From: Moniliella sp. 'wahieum'
Taxonomy: Eukaryota
Direction: 5' to 3'
Assembly: GCA_003971905.1 (NCBI GenBank)
Contig: RSEE01000030.1
Coordinates: 248,001 to 312,000 of the forward strand
Length of the DNA: 64,000 nucleotides
Part shown: positions 35,041 to 46,119 of the stretch, one piece after another
Layout of the letters: each line of letters begins with the position of its first letter
How positions within the stretch are numbered: the first letter of the stretch is position 1
Notes under the pieces: generated by a model
Database searches by the model: none
Told to the model about the DNA's origin: nothing
The model's input: the letters and a program-made list of their open reading frames with translations, nothing else
Program-made: the position numbers and the translations under genes

Positions 35041-36893
35041 ATGGTCACCAACGCCGACATGTTCCGCCCTGCCCCCGGCGCCAGCCTCCCCGCCGGCCCG
35101 CTCTTCGAGGCGCAGTCTGCCCTGCCCCACCTGCCTGTCCCGCCGCTTGCCCAGACGCTGGAGCGCTACCTGGAAAGCACCACCCCCTTCACCACCACCC
35201 GAGCAGCGTGCGTTGACAGCCGAGGCCGTCCAGAGCGCCTTGACGGGCAAGGACAGCGCTCTGTTCAAGACGCTCCAAGAGCGGCTCGAGGCACGTGCGG
35301 CCAGCTCGGATAGTTGGCTGTCCGAGTGGTGGAACGAGGACGCCTACTTCGGCTACCGCGACTCGCTCGTGCCCAACGTCAACTATTTCTACCACCACCA
35401 AAATGACCGCCTGCGCAAGGACAATGTTTCACGTGCTGCTTCGCTTCTCAAGGGGTTCCTTGCCTTCCGCCGCCTTGTCGAGTCCGGCACCCTTCACCCC
35501 GAGAAGAACAAGACGGGCGCCCTTTGCTCAGCTTCGTACCAGTGGCTGTTCAACACCAGCCGTCTGCCCCACAAGCCGGTCGACTATGCTCAGAAGTACG
35601 ACCCCAAGACCAACAACCATGTTGTTGTTCTTCGCAACGGAAAGTATTTCACCTTCGACCTCGTTGACGCTTCTGGGGCCGAGCTGAGCGAGCAGGAGTT
35701 GCAAACCCAGCTTAAGCGCGTCCTTGCCCACCCGGACGCTCAGACAGAGGAGAAGTACCCCATTGGAGCATTGACGGGGGAGAATCGGGACAAGTGGGCA
35801 GATGCACGCGACGCTATTATGGCCTCATCCCCTCAGAACGCCAAGTCGTTGGAGATCATCCAGTCGGCAGTGATTGTTGTGTGCCTCGACTCTCTTGCCC
35901 CCGTTCTGACGAACGATGTGGCGTGGGAACTCTACTTTGGGCAGGGTGCCCGCAATCGTTTCTTTGACAAGCAGGAGCTTATCGTCTTTGAGAATGGTGT
36001 GTCGGGGTACAATGGCGAGCACTCGACAATGGATGGCACCCCTACGCTCCGTATGAACGACTTTGTCCTGGCTGCGCTGGAGAGCGGGCGGGTAGACATG
36101 GGCACGGCGAACCGTCCGGCCAGCGAGTTACCTGCGCCTCAGGCCGTACCATTCCACATCAACGCTGCGGCTCAGGAGGCGATTCGTGGGGCGTTGGGCG
36201 ACTTTGATGACGTGATGCGCCAGCACAGCTTGGAGGTGGTGCAGGTCCATGCGTACGGAAAGGGCTTGATCAAAGCTTGCCGCACCTCTCCTGACGCTTG
36301 GTCCCAAATGGTGATCCAACTGGCCTACTACAAGTTGATGGGTCAGCCGTGCGGGACATATGAATCGTGCCAGACGCGCAAGTTCCTTTTGGGGCGCACT
36401 GAGGTCATCCGCACTGCCTCGGCTGAGAGCAAAGCCTTCTGTGAAGCGATTGAGGACCCCTCTGTGGCCGACGAGGTGGTCATGGCCAAGTTCCAAGAGG
36501 CGACCAAGCGGCATCTGAAGTACGCAAGTTGGGCCTCCAATGCCCAGGGGGTGGATCGCCACCTGTACGGGCTGAAGAAGCTACTTGCACCTGGGGAGGA
36601 ACTGCCGGCACTTTACAGGGATCCCACATTTTCCACATCTACAACCTGGAAACTGTCCACCTCTCAAATCTCATCCCCTCGCCTGACCTGCTGGGGATTC
36701 GGTGAGGTGACACCTGCCGGATTCGGGGTGGGATACGCCATCAAGGAGGGCTCGTTGACCTTTACTGTGATGAGTAAGGGACCCTAACCCATCTCTTGGG
36801 TCACTACATTCAGCAAGCTGCGCTGGATGTGCGCGACCTTCACGCCCGCTTGGCCGCAAAGGCGGCCAAGGCGGCGCAAAAAGCCAGGCGTAA
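35041..36893 (+). CDS. CAT2: Carnitine O-acetyltransferase (Cat2-like), frameshifts near 35200 and 36780
   Basis: QSALPHLPVPPLAQTLERYLES, WLSEWWNEDAY, NRFFDK, GYNGEHSTMDGTP (catalytic His), TYESCQTRKFLLGRTEVIR, GVDRHLYGL and WKLSTSQ. Confidence 0.93.
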
Positions 36894-37352
36894 ACATCTG
36901 TGGGATGCCATTTGAACCCGCCTTTTGTAGAATGCTCTTATTTCTGTCCACCTTTCAGTACTCAGTTGGCAATGTCCCTTTGGCCCCTCTGGCAATAAAT
37001 TAACGAAGCTCAGAGCTGCTGAAACCGCTAATGCGTGCATGCCAAGAAAAAACATTGATAGTGCGTATACTTCTCGTATACGCTGTGCGAAATGAGCAAT
37101 GGTGCATGTTGTTGGTTTGCAGTGGAGAGACAAGAAACACATCATGTATGTCATGCATCATGCAGAGGTAGTATCCTGCCATTACGGTTCCGTACCGGGC
37201 TACGAAGCGCTTAAACGTCATCCAAGCCAGCGCCTCCTTCAAGCTTCACCCCAGACAAAGTCGCCTACTTCGAGATGAAACAGGGGCCGGGTATCCGTTA
37301 CCCTACTACAGAACGAGCATACGCACACACCCAATCAATTGTCATGGCCACC

Positions 37353-39735
37353 TCAGAACGACCACAAATCCATCGGGTCCACTGGATCACGGAGAAACGC
37401 TTGAGCCCGCGCATCGTCCTGCTGGTGCGCCGTACTCAGAGCACGTTCCACAGCCGAGTCCGAGACAAAGGCACGGTACGACTTTTGACCCGGCAGCTGA
37501 GCGGGCGGCAAGGAAAAGGTGACTGGTGGGGGAGGCGGTTGTTTGCGCCGATGCTCGGGCGGCTTAACGATGGGTGCCACCTGCGCCTCAAACATCGTGG
37601 CGTAGGTGTTGTCCAAAAGTCATCCAGGTTGTATCGTTCCCTGAAAAGGCTCGGCCAAGATACGGCTCAAGGTGGCCACCGAGTGGTGATAATGCGATTG
37701 GCCCCCCGTCCCAGCGGCCGTGGGGTCCCATCCTTGGTTCTCGGCCGCGGCAAGGGAAGCGCCCAAAGCAGCCAGTTCCCAGAGCGATGAATCGATTGCG
37801 TTCGTCTTGGTGGGGTCAGGCTCGCGTGCATCATAGGGATCCTCTACCCCCTGCGGACCCAAGGCAAGCCGGTCGATCGCTCCGTTCATATACTCCGAAG
37901 TGAAATTGCGGTGAATGAGCACCATGCACTTTTGGTGCCGTTTGAGCAACGTCCACACTAGCGGAATCACGCTCACTGCCGCTGCAGGAGGCGCACGGAG
38001 TGCAAGCCTTGACAAACGCTTGACAAACGATGCCACCATGGTCGCCGGAAGTAGAGGCGAGGCCAAGAAAGTATCGAGCAAGCGGAGGAAACGAGCCCGG
38101 TAACGCATATGCAACACAGAAGTTGCAACTTTTTCTTGCCCCTCGGGGGTGCGCGTCGTGCCTCCAAGAAGACTGTATAGTTTGGTGTAGAACGCCGGAT
38201 AGTCCAGGTTGTGATAGGCGATCAGTGTGTAAAGCGCGTTGAGGGCCAGCAAACTTGTCGCCCCGCCTGCCTCAAGGGCAATGACGAGCCAGTCCAGCAA
38301 CATGTTGGGGGTTGAGAGGTGGGGGAGAATCTGGATGTGGAGACGGAGAAGCAGGTCGTGGGTCTGAGCCAAGGAAAGTCCCCCTCCGATAACTCGTCCT
38401 TGGTCCGACTTGGGCAAGAGCAACGCCAGCCAAGCATTGGTGAACGCAATCACTTGTTGGGTGATCATATGGACCGAATCGTGGAACGGCATTCTGCTCA
38501 ATTTGGGACGGGATCGCTTGTTAGCCCGTTCCGCCACCTCTCCAAGACAGCAGTGGAGCTAGGCCGGTACGACGCTTCTTCCTTGTCGCCCCTTTCTCTT
38601 CCACCTCCTCGTCCTCTGAATCGGAGAACCAATCATCCAGAGCCTCGTCGTCCTCCAGCTCATCCCCATCTTCAGTGAACTTGCGCTTGGCCTTCTTTCC
38701 CTTCTTGCCTTTTTTTAGCGAACCTGGGCGTGTGGCGAGTTCCGGTACTAAAAACGCATTCAGGTCCTCTTGCTTGTCTGGCACGGCCGTGAGAAGGATA
38801 AGGAGCTGGAGAGCATGGGAGCGCATGAGGTCGCTTTGCTGAAAGGCAATAGGGGTCTTGCCCAAAAAGTATCTGAGGGTCTCTCCAGGTTAGCACGTTC
38901 CAGAGGGTAGAAGGAGGTAGAAGACACATACGCCATTTCCCTCAGTGTAGCGAAGCGAGCGTCGTCGTATTTCTCCAAGAGTTCGTCGGCAAACCGCTTG
39001 CGAATGTCCTCAAACACAGGCCCACCAAATGCCATAAAACTGGCACTGATGGTGCTCTCAGATTTAAAGTTCAGATCGGGCAGAGGGCTGGTCCAAGCAG
39101 CAGAGCCTTGATAAATGCCCTCCATGGGGAAGGGCTCCACTCGGGGGAGGCCGAGATGTCGTGGCCGACCTTAGCAGCGCGTTGTTCAGCATTGGCTCTG
39201 ATTTGCTTGGTCAGGGCCGAAGTGGCCGCGACCTGAAGAGCGACCAGGCACTCAAACGCATCCTTCCGCACTTGTTCACCACCAGCCCGTGTGGGTCATC
39301 AAACGAGAGGAGAGAGGTGAGAAGTAAAATGTACGAATTCCATCGATCCTGAAGCCAGTGTGCTACCGCTGCACTAGCCGGGTCCTCCGTGATGTGCAGC
39401 CGGGCCAAGTGGTCAGTATGCATCGAGTCTTTCAGAGCACCGCCTTCGTCCACTTGGTAGCCCAAACGCAGACGTCCATAGCCAAGAGCGCAAGGAACGA
39501 GCGTTGAAGGATTTGAACACCGGCATGAAGCGCTTAACCTGGGCGGATAGCGTCCTTGTCAGCCGTCTGGACCATGCCACGGGCCAGGCGGAGGACGACA
39601 TTGAGGAGCTCGGCAAGTGGGTTAAGGTCGGCGCCAGAAGCCAGCTGCGTTTGCAGCTCAACCACCTCGGAAAGGTACGGTTAGATTTCTTGGACTTCTT
39701 GGGCGCCTTGCCTCCTGCAACACTGGGCGCTTCAT
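37353..39735 (-). CDS. NOC4: Nucleolar complex protein Noc4 (CBF/Mak21 family), frameshifted, at least 1 intron
   Basis: ILPHLSTPNMLLDWL, GGATSLLALNALYTLIAYHNLDYPAFYTKLYSLL, LHMRYRARFLRLLDTFLAS, VASFVKRLSRLAL, DPTKTNAIDSSLWEL and HYHHSVATL. Confidence 0.92.
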
Positions 39736-40349
39736 GGTGGAGGTGGATACGTCGCTGGGCAGCTCGGCAAGCGGGCGAGCAACCTGCTCTGCGAGAGGGC
39801 TGGAGGCAAAAAAAAAAAACAAAAAAATTAGACGGGCGGAACAAGCGACCCATTCCGCCCGCTCTCTCCCATTGCCCGTCGCGGTGAATGACTTGAGCAC
39901 CTCATCCAGTCACGTGCCACACGCTGCGATGGAACCGAACTCAGATCTCATCGTTGCTTGCGGTTACTGGACGTCTTACGGGCCATCGGTAGGTGTGCGA
40001 CTCAAGCAATAGAAGTATGGTAATGGTGCATGTGGTTAAGCCAGAGTGAATCCTCTTTCTCAGCGCCTTCGTCAACCCCCAACAGTCTGGGTGCGGCCCA
40101 TACGCAGTTCCCTGGAATCAAACGATCGTATGTACGAGACAAGAACAACATACGCTCTAGCCTGTCGGACTTTGGTGACCTGTACTACGCGGGTGGCTGA
40201 CTTTCCGTTTCTGCCCCCTGGCCCAACCCAATGGACCATTAACACCATCAGCAAGTTGAGCGCATCCACCATGTCCCCATCGGACTCCATAATACAATAC
40301 AATCTCTTCTTCGACGAGAGGGGGTGGGGGGAGGAGGAGGAAATGGTTG

Positions 40350-41006
40350 TCAAGGCAACGACTCTTCCGAGGAGGAGTAATCCCGCGTCGAGTGTCGGGG
40401 AGGGCCACGTGTACTAGAATTGGGTCCCTCGCGCATGGCCAAAAGTTCCTCATCGAAGGGAGAAGAGCGTCCATAGCTTCCTCCAGCGCGTGACGCTCGT
40501 CGTCCTTCTTCGGCCGGGCTATCGACCGACATGGCGTCGTCAGAGCCGGGGTAGGCACCAGTCTCCGACACTCCGTTTTTCGCACCGTTCAAGGAGGAAT
40601 GTGCTTTGAGCTGTACCGCAGCTCCCTCCTTCGCGCCGGGCCTGCTCGGGAGTCATACCCAAGCGTTCCAGGGCTGCCACTTCATGCTCCATGCGCTCAT
40701 ACAGCAACCTAGTCCACAGGTCCGAGGTCAGATCGCTCCCAGTTCCACCACATTGTTCGATAGGGAAAACGTACGCGCGCTCGAGTCTCACCCTTTGGAT
40801 TTTTCGCTTGAGGATGAGCGTCTTGGCATGCATCCGGTCGTTTTCGGCCTCCATATCCGCCACCTTGCGCTTCAACTCGCGGTACTTGGCGCGGTACTTG
40901 GTCGCATCCGAACTCACAGCGACACTCGATTGGTACGCTTTGGACTTCTTGCCTCCTGTTCCCCCAGCACCGTTGATCGGGTCTGCTCGTTTGGTGCTGT
41001 AGACAT
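40350..41006 (-). CDS. INO80 complex subunit (INO80E/Nhp10-N-terminal-like coiled coil), 1 intron
   Basis: KYRAKYRELKRKVADMEAENDRMHAKTLILKRKIQRVRLERA|LLYERME, with an intron GTACGT..CTGAC..TAG. Confidence 0.72.
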
Positions 41007-41695
41007 AAGCGAGTGGGGGCCAAGGTCGTCGTCGTCGTCGTCGTCGTCGTCGCCTCCCCAGCACAACAGCGGACACGCCAAAGGCCCTGGCCACTTGAGC
41101 CTCGGCGGGATACGTAAGCGACTCAACCAGCCTGAAAATGAAATGTATTTATTCTTGCAAATACTATGCCTAACGACGTTCCAGTTCATCATGCCCGGCT
41201 ACTCCATTTCACCATTCAAGCTTCAAGCTTCAAGCTCCTTCCTCTTGCTCATGCACTGCGAACACGGGTATCCTGATGCAGAGATGCCCAATTCCACTTG
41301 ATATGGGAAGAGGAAGCCACCCAGGTAGCTTTCATTATCCGTGCATAATGTAGGCAATCCAGCCTATCACAAAGAACAGTGGCACCCCTCTTCTGACTCT
41401 CTGCTGACCTTGTTTTCAACACACCTTCGGATAGCACAGGCGACACTGACTAGTTCCAGCTATTGCACTACTTACGCTCGTCCCACAAAACCACACACAC
41501 ACGGATCAAAACGTCCCACATGCCAGTAAGGGAAAGGACATGGAGCCGGGGGACAAGCCATCTCAGACAGGAGAAGGGACAGTCGTTTCCCAACGCGCAC
41601 AAGGAGAGACGCCATTATCATGTTCACCACAGCCCAAGTAGTATGCATGACACAAAGCACGCAGCCGCAGGGGCGCTGCCTCCTCAAAGCGTACC

Positions 41696-42491
41696 TTAAG
41701 CCTCAGGCTGGGCCTCTGGCGCCGCCTCAGGCGGAACCTCCGCCTCAGCGGCAGGAGCAGGGGGCTGTGCCTGCTCGTGCTCCTGCATGTCCGACGTCCA
41801 AAGAGTGAGGTTGTCGCGCAGCAACTGCATGATCAGAGTCGAGTCCTTGTACGACTCCTCCGACAGCGTGTCGAGCTCAGCAATGGCATCGTCGAACGCT
41901 TGCTTGGCCAAGTGGCAGGCACGGTCGGGCGAGTTGAGAATCTCGTAGTAGAACACAGAGAAGTTGAGCGCCAGTCCAAGACGGATGGGGTGGGTAGGCG
42001 GGAGGTCCTTGACAGCCACATCCGATGCGGCCTGGTACGCCTCCAGCGACTTGTCAGCGGCCTCCTTCCTCCGGTCACCAGAGGCGAACTCGGCAAGGTA
42101 ACGGTAGTAGTCGCCCTTCATCTTGTGGTAGAAGACCTTGCTCTCGCCCGACTGCGCCGAAGGGATGAGGTGCTTGTCAAGGACAGCAAGGATGTCCTCG
42201 CAAATCTTGGCAAGCTCGCTCTCAATCTTCTCGCGTAGGTCTTGATCATGGCCACGTGGTGCTCATTGCCCTTGCTCTCCTCCTTCTGCTCAATCGACGA
42301 GGCGATGCGCCACGATGCACGGCGGCGCCAATGACGTTCTTGTAAGCGACAGAGAGCAGGTTGCGTTCCTCAATCGTCAGCTCCTGGTCGGTAGAGGCAA
42401 CAGCCTTCATCTGCTCGACCATCTCCTCGTATCGCTCAGCCTGCTCGGCGAGCTTGGCGAGGTACACGGAGTCTTCACGGGACGTAGACAT
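41696..42491 (-). CDS. BMH1: 14-3-3 protein (frameshifted)
   Basis: [72 protein letters not shown] and [32 protein letters not shown] just upstream of the ATG suggests a 5'-UTR intron. Confidence 0.98.
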
Positions 42492-43559
42492 GACGTTTCA
42501 ACTGGGGCGCATGAACGGAAGAGGTCAGCCAAAGAACCAACATAGACGCGTGGCGGAGTGGGCTCGCCCCTCCTCGCCACGCAAAGGATGCGATGGGTGG
42601 GGAGGGCGCAGCGCTGGTCCGTGCGCACGAGATGGATGCGGGCATTCGCGGCAACAGAGGGCCAGGGATGCTGGAGGCAGCTACAACAGCAGACGGTAAC
42701 AGGAGTGTATGCTTACAAAGACAAAGGGCGAAGGGGGTAAGCTGGAAGCTGGAAGCTGGAAGCTGAAAGAGGTGGTGGTGTGGAGCTGGGAGCTCGACCG
42801 AGGCGGTGCGCAAGACGCGCCGGCGGGGCGGAGGGAGGCGGTGGGAAGCCGGTACTGCCCTTGTGCGGCAGCAGATACAGCGCCCGGATGCCGGGCAAGG
42901 GGGCATCCCACTTGTGTACACTGGCGCCGTGCTGTGTTTCTATGTACTTCGGCGGGGCGAGGCGCCAGTGTGCGAGTGGCAGCCATGAAGCTGTCGCCTC
43001 CGCCGACGAGTGAGATTAGGTAAGCTCCGTGTTGGACGGGAGGCGGGAGGCGTAGAGTGGGAGGTTACGTTACGTCAGCTCACAGCCGCCGCGGTCGGTG
43101 AGTCTCAGGTCTCTTGAAGCTTGAGGGGCCTCTGGCTGCGTCACGCGTCAGCGCGCCAGGCCAGCCCCTCTGGAGAAACTGGGCCAGCTGAGCGGCATGC
43201 TGACCTAAGCCGTCAAAGGCTATATGCTGCCTGGTGATCAATGCGGTGATTGTGGTTGGTATTGCATTTATATACTGCTCAGGATGCTAGGGATACAGCA
43301 TCTAAACGTTGGGCTTTCGACCAAGCAGGATACATTCCCCTTTCCGCATCATCATGTCCACACCTGGCCCGCTCTCCCCTGAAGGAAGGACCCCCCTCCC
43401 CGTTGCCTGCCGCCTCACAAAGCACAGTATCCCCCCCGACAGTGCTCATCATTTGTGCATCCCCCCCCATTCCAGCCCCATTGCGGCCAGTGCAATCGAT
43501 GCCCAAGACCACCCGAGCAGGACGGTAGCACGCAAACCTTTACCCCCAATCTTCAGCTT

Positions 43560-45570
43560 CATCCACGCCGCATAGCTGTCCGCCCGCAAATGGACTCGAC
43601 GGGCAGGCCACTGGCTGGGGCAAAGTAGGTACTCTCTTGCCCCAGCAGTACGCAGCGCACTTGATCGGGGCTGCGAGCATAGGCCCATGACACCAGGTAC
43701 CCTTGGCCAGTCGGCGTGAGGTGCCACCCTTTGGGCTGTGTGCCCCAGCGGGAAAAGAGGAACCCCCCCGGAATCAACGAGGGCCAGGTCTCTGTTCCGT
43801 CAGCAAGCCACTGCCTTGCTGGGGACGGGGATTTGGATCTGTTCCATCAACGCGATAAAGGGGTGCTGACTCCCTGGTTCAAGTGCTCCTTGCTTATATT
43901 CAAACAGCGTAGTGTAGTTCTTGAACACCCCCAGCCCCAGACAGCCGTACATGAAAACCAAGCTGTCCGTTGCGGGGTCGAGATAGGGCACCGAGATTTC
44001 TTGAGCCTCAGGGTCTTCCTATATATGCACAGCAAGTCAAAGGACTGGTCACGTACCCATCCGATCCCGGACGTTAAACACGTACGGTAAAGTGCGTGTC
44101 CCACGGCCGCGACGTTGTTACGGGATGGTTATAGCGATCTTTCTCAGTTGCAGTTCCGGGATAAGGCACTTTGGTGGGGAATTCAGAAAAGGTGATCTTC
44201 TTTTGGGTGCCTGGATTCCAAGAGGTGTACCATCGGGCTGCAAAAGTCCGTATATGAAGCTCCAGACCAGGAACCCATTCCGTGTGTCGATTGCAATCAA
44301 GTCGGCGTTGGCATTGATTCCGTTAGGAATGGTGCATCTTGCCCGAGCCGAAAAGAAGATGTAGGTTCCATCGAAGCAAACGGAATCCATCACGTCCCAG
44401 TCGAGTATGCCTGAAGCAATAGGGCGCAACAGAACTGTACTCCAGGGCCGAGTAAGGTTGACACTCTTGACAACTTGGCCCGAGTCAATGTCTCGGATCT
44501 GAACCCTCTCGACCTGGCCTTGGTCGTCGGTTTGTAATCTGAAGTGGGATCAGTATAAACGGAAAATGAAGAATGATGGGGTGAGAAAGGCGCACCTGGC
44601 GTAATAAGGGGGCGCAATCATTTCTTTCAGTCTCCCACATACATCTGGCAGCCGAAAGAGGTGGCCTCGTCGTGGTTCGTACCCCAGTTGCTCGGCCGTC
44701 ATGGCCGATTCCGCTTTAAAAAGTATGTTGACAGGTGGTACATCCGGCACCACCCAACACACGAGCCTGCTCCTCCATCGTTTCACCCCATTCTTCCACA
44801 AGACGATACCGCTGATCCCGCGAGAGTGCACGCCTTCTATACTTGGTGAGAAACAGGTACGGACCAGAGATGAAAGGAAAAAGCGCATCATAGTCCGGGT
44901 TGACAGTGACTTGACAAGTTCCTTGTATGTAAGGTTATCATAGACAAACAACCTGTTATTATCCTCAAGTGCCAGGACGGTGCCGTCGACAAAGGACCCC
45001 AAAATCAGCCTATCGTCGACGGGCACGGCGGGAGTGTATAAGTGCTTGATCCTGCTTCCACAGCACGCGCTGCGGGTAAGGTTGCCGCCTCACTTTCCTT
45101 GTCCCCTGCGAAGCTGAGGCAGGATTTCCAGTTATAGGCGGTACGGGAACCGAGCAGAGGGACAAGATGGGTGTTGAGAGGACTATCGTTCGTCCACAGC
45201 TGGCCCGAGGAAATCTCGGCGCCAAACTGCTGAGCTACCAGTAGTGGTATACGCACAGTTCTCGCCACGATTTGAGTAGCGGGACAGGGGAACAAATAGG
45301 GAATCTTGAATCCCCTGACCCGGTTTGACGAGGGACCAACGAAGGGCAAGCGTATGCCAGACCTTGTCCCATCTGAGGGCAGCCTGCCACTCTATACACA
45401 AAGAGCGTCAATTGCGCGGCACAGGTTAGCGTGCTATTGCCCTGCGAGAAGAGGGGATTTTGCGTACTGGAAGACACGCGCTCGAAATGTGTCAATTCGT
45501 ACGGGTTCAGCACCCCTGTCGAGGCAATGCTGGCAAGCACTTCGAGGGGGAAAGCATGGAGACCAGTCAT
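43560..45570 (-). CDS. Hypothetical protein with F-box-like N-terminus (frameshifted, probably intron-containing)
   Basis: MTGLHAFPLEVLASIASTGVLNPYELTHFERVS resembles an F-box. It is preceded by TATAAG on the minus strand (~45686-45691) and followed by ~2 kb of beta-rich protein-like frames. The end is uncertain. Confidence 0.4.
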
Positions 45571-46119
45571 GGTCCAGGAGGAGGAGGAGTGTGGTGGTGG
45601 TTGAGTAGCTGGTGTGGGAGTTAAGTGGAGGGGTATGATGGCAATTGCGGCTGTAGCTTGCCTTTTAACATGCAAGGCACCATACTTATAGCATGATCGA
45701 AGCCCACGACATCGGTGGCGGTGGTGCGGCTGAATTATTGGGCTAGAACCCGGACAACCGTTGTCGTGGTTATGTTGTAGCGCCCCTAGACAAGCTTCAA
45801 GCTTCAAGACCTATGTACGCTGTACTCATGCAGCAGCATGTGTTTGCTGGCCAAAGCAGCCCCCTTCAGTTCCTCCTCACAAGCCCCAGGCCTCGGGTTC
45901 CGCGGTTGTCTCACTTCCGTCTTCCCTGCTCCACAGCCATGTGGCGCAGCCAACGGGCCCCAGCCGCCTCTCTGTAAGTGTTGTTGGTTGGCTTTTCGAC
46001 CACCATCACCACCACTAGTGCGTGAATGCATCACCCTCAAAGAGGACCATCCGGACTCCAGGTCTCTTGATGACCGTCCAACCTATAAATCAAGCGTTGC
46101 GTCTCTCTCTCTCTCTTCA

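Noticed and set aside
37353..42491. Pseudogene calls for the frameshifted Noc4, INO80 subunit and 14-3-3 genes
   Set aside because: Protein motifs are intact and the indels are spread uniformly across the window, which is more consistent with sequencing error.
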